Shown: positions 63,249-64,000 of the stretch, one piece after another
How positions within the stretch are numbered: the first letter of the stretch is position 1
Layout: the number at the start of each line of letters is the position of its first letter
Origin: a virus
Lineage: Duplodnaviria; Heunggongvirae; Uroviricota; Caudoviricetes
Virus record (IMG/VR): IMGVR_UViG_3300042339_000806
Strand: one strand, 5' to 3'
Length of the DNA: 64,000 bases
The notes under the pieces: model-generated
Database searches by the model: none
What the model was told of the DNA's origin: nothing
Seen by the model: the letters and a program-made list of their open reading frames with translations, nothing else
Translations under genes and position numbers: made by a program

Positions 63249-63384
63249 TACCCGTTCTATAGCCCCGTTTCACTCTCTAGTAACCCGATTGGTTACCCGT
63301 TACAAACCCGTTCTAGCTACCCGTTTTGTTACCCGTCTAGTGACCCAATTGAGACCCGTTCTCTTTACCTGTTTGGAACCCGTT
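63249..63384. repeat. iteron array, right cluster (about 11 copies of (T/A/G)ACCCGTT at 10-14 bp spacing)
   Basis: Octamer starts at 63249, 63262, 63283, 63295, 63305, 63319, 63330, 63342, 63353, 63366 and 63377. A ccccttcggggg hairpin follows at 63408-63425. Confidence 0.6.
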
Positions 63385-63444
63385 TCTTTCCCCGGTAGAA
63401 ACCAGGTACTTATCCCCTTCGGGGGTAAAAAGCCTATAAAAGAG

Positions 63445-63481
63445 TTGCTTATATGGCCTATGGTTCTTATCTTTAGGTATA
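63445..63481 (+). promoter_or_regulatory. promoter module
   Basis: TTG 63445, TATCTTTAGGTATATA from 63468, 20-nt spacer. Confidence 0.5.
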
Positions 63482-63498
63482 TAAAAACAAATAATCAT

Positions 63499-63708
63499 AT
63501 GGTAAAGGAATTAAATAAGGTAATAGGAAAGGATTGTTCATGTAATAATTCTCCTACACTGAGGGCTAAATTGCTTACGGTAACTTCTCTTTGGTGCTTA
63601 CTTGAAGTAACTCCTACTATGTATAATAGGAACCAATGGAGTAATATCTCAGTGGGTAAGAAATTTAAGCTTCCTATTCAGACGGTTCACAATATGTATT
63701 TTTATTAA
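63499..63708 (+). CDS. hypothetical protein (start trimmed; upstream part of the computed ORF runs through the iterons)
   Basis: MVKELNKVIGKD... begins 17 nt after the promoter box. Confidence 0.35.
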   Translation: MVKELNKVIGKDCSCNNSPTLRAKLLTVTSLWCLLEVTPTMYNRNQWSNISVGKKFKLPIQTVHNMYFY

Positions 63709-64000
63709 ACCTATACCTATGAAACAGATTCAGATTACAATGCAAGAGCGATGGGCAGCCTCACGGCATACCATTCAGAAGTCTAAGAAGACCTACACCA
63801 GGAAGGAGAAGCACTCCTCTTCCAAGCAGGGGCCTCACAAGGGCCCTTTCCTTTTATCTAAAGCTTTCCTTTAAGTAAAATATTCAGTTAAAGCATCACT
63901 TTAAGTTAAAGTAACAGTTTAAGTTAAAGCTTTGCTTTAAGTAACGAACATGGCGTACCGGCCCGTCTACTCTTCCGACTCTCTTTCAAAGCCAGGCCCC

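Noticed and set aside
62921-63384. CRISPR array interpretation of the TACCCGTT repeats and of the CTTTAAGTTAAAG repeats at 63880-63950
   Set aside because: Repeat units are 8-13 nt with 3-13 nt spacers, far too short for CRISPR repeats or spacers, and there are no cas genes. Iteron-type protein-binding sites explain them better.
63289-63498. N-terminal 70 codons of computed ORF 63289-63708
   Set aside because: This part reads straight through the iteron array, a hairpin and a terminator-promoter cassette. The gene most likely starts at ATG 63499.
1-64000. Integrated prophage / integrase / attachment site
   Set aside because: No integrase, excisionase, repressor-like HTH pair or tRNA-flanked att duplication could be recognised. 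Gene content (own polymerase, chaperonin, tRNAs, lysis genes, uniform strand) fits a lytic phage segment. Lifestyle cannot be settled from this window alone.

Overview
The window reads as a contiguous stretch of a large, AT-rich, virulent-type phage genome. The host is probably a Bacteroidetes/Flavobacteriia member: promoters fit a TTG-N20-TAnnTTTA architecture, Shine-Dalgarno sequences are absent, and one secreted protein carries a T9SS C-terminal domain. Essentially all genes are on the + strand and tightly packed, often joined by ATGA or TAGTTATG overlaps. About 17 intergenic hairpin-plus-T-run terminators are each followed by a promoter with identical spacing. The window contains the following supportable blocks.
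1. A cluster of secreted/outer-membrane-type proteins at 115-5116.
2. A tRNA island at 8.3-13.7 kb. It holds about 26 tRNA genes, is interrupted by an HNH endonuclease gene, and includes several atypical or degenerate tRNA-like elements and unexplained structured noncoding segments.
3. A split Pnkp-like RNA healing and sealing cassette of metallophosphoesterase, P-loop kinase and Rnl2-like ligase at 15.9-18.4 kb.
4. A 7-deazaguanine (queuosine-precursor) DNA-modification locus. It comprises FolE, QueD-like, QueE-like, QueC-like, QueF, a TGT-family DpdA-like protein, a formyltransferase-fold protein, a Gpt-like phosphoribosyltransferase, an AAA_28 kinase and a MazG-like protein, next to a family-A DNA polymerase.
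5. Phage-encoded GroES/GroEL.
6. A lysis region with a GH19 endolysin.
7. An ~11 kb nucleotide-sugar/glycosylation island at 44-55 kb. It encodes GT4 and GT2 glycosyltransferases, a DegT aminotransferase, a PglD/NeuD-like acetyltransferase, an SDR epimerase/dehydratase and methyltransferases.
8. An iteron array (TACCCGTT repeated about 16 times at ~11-12 bp spacing) flanking a purine-rich spacer at 62.9-63.4 kb, a likely replication origin.
9. A conserved GC-rich ~50-nt element present twice.
The 7-deazaguanine locus with its nucleotide-salvage-like additions, together with the sugar island, are the best candidates for a novel DNA or virion hypermodification system. All calls were made by eye from motifs, so anticodon assignments and remote homologies carry moderate uncertainty.
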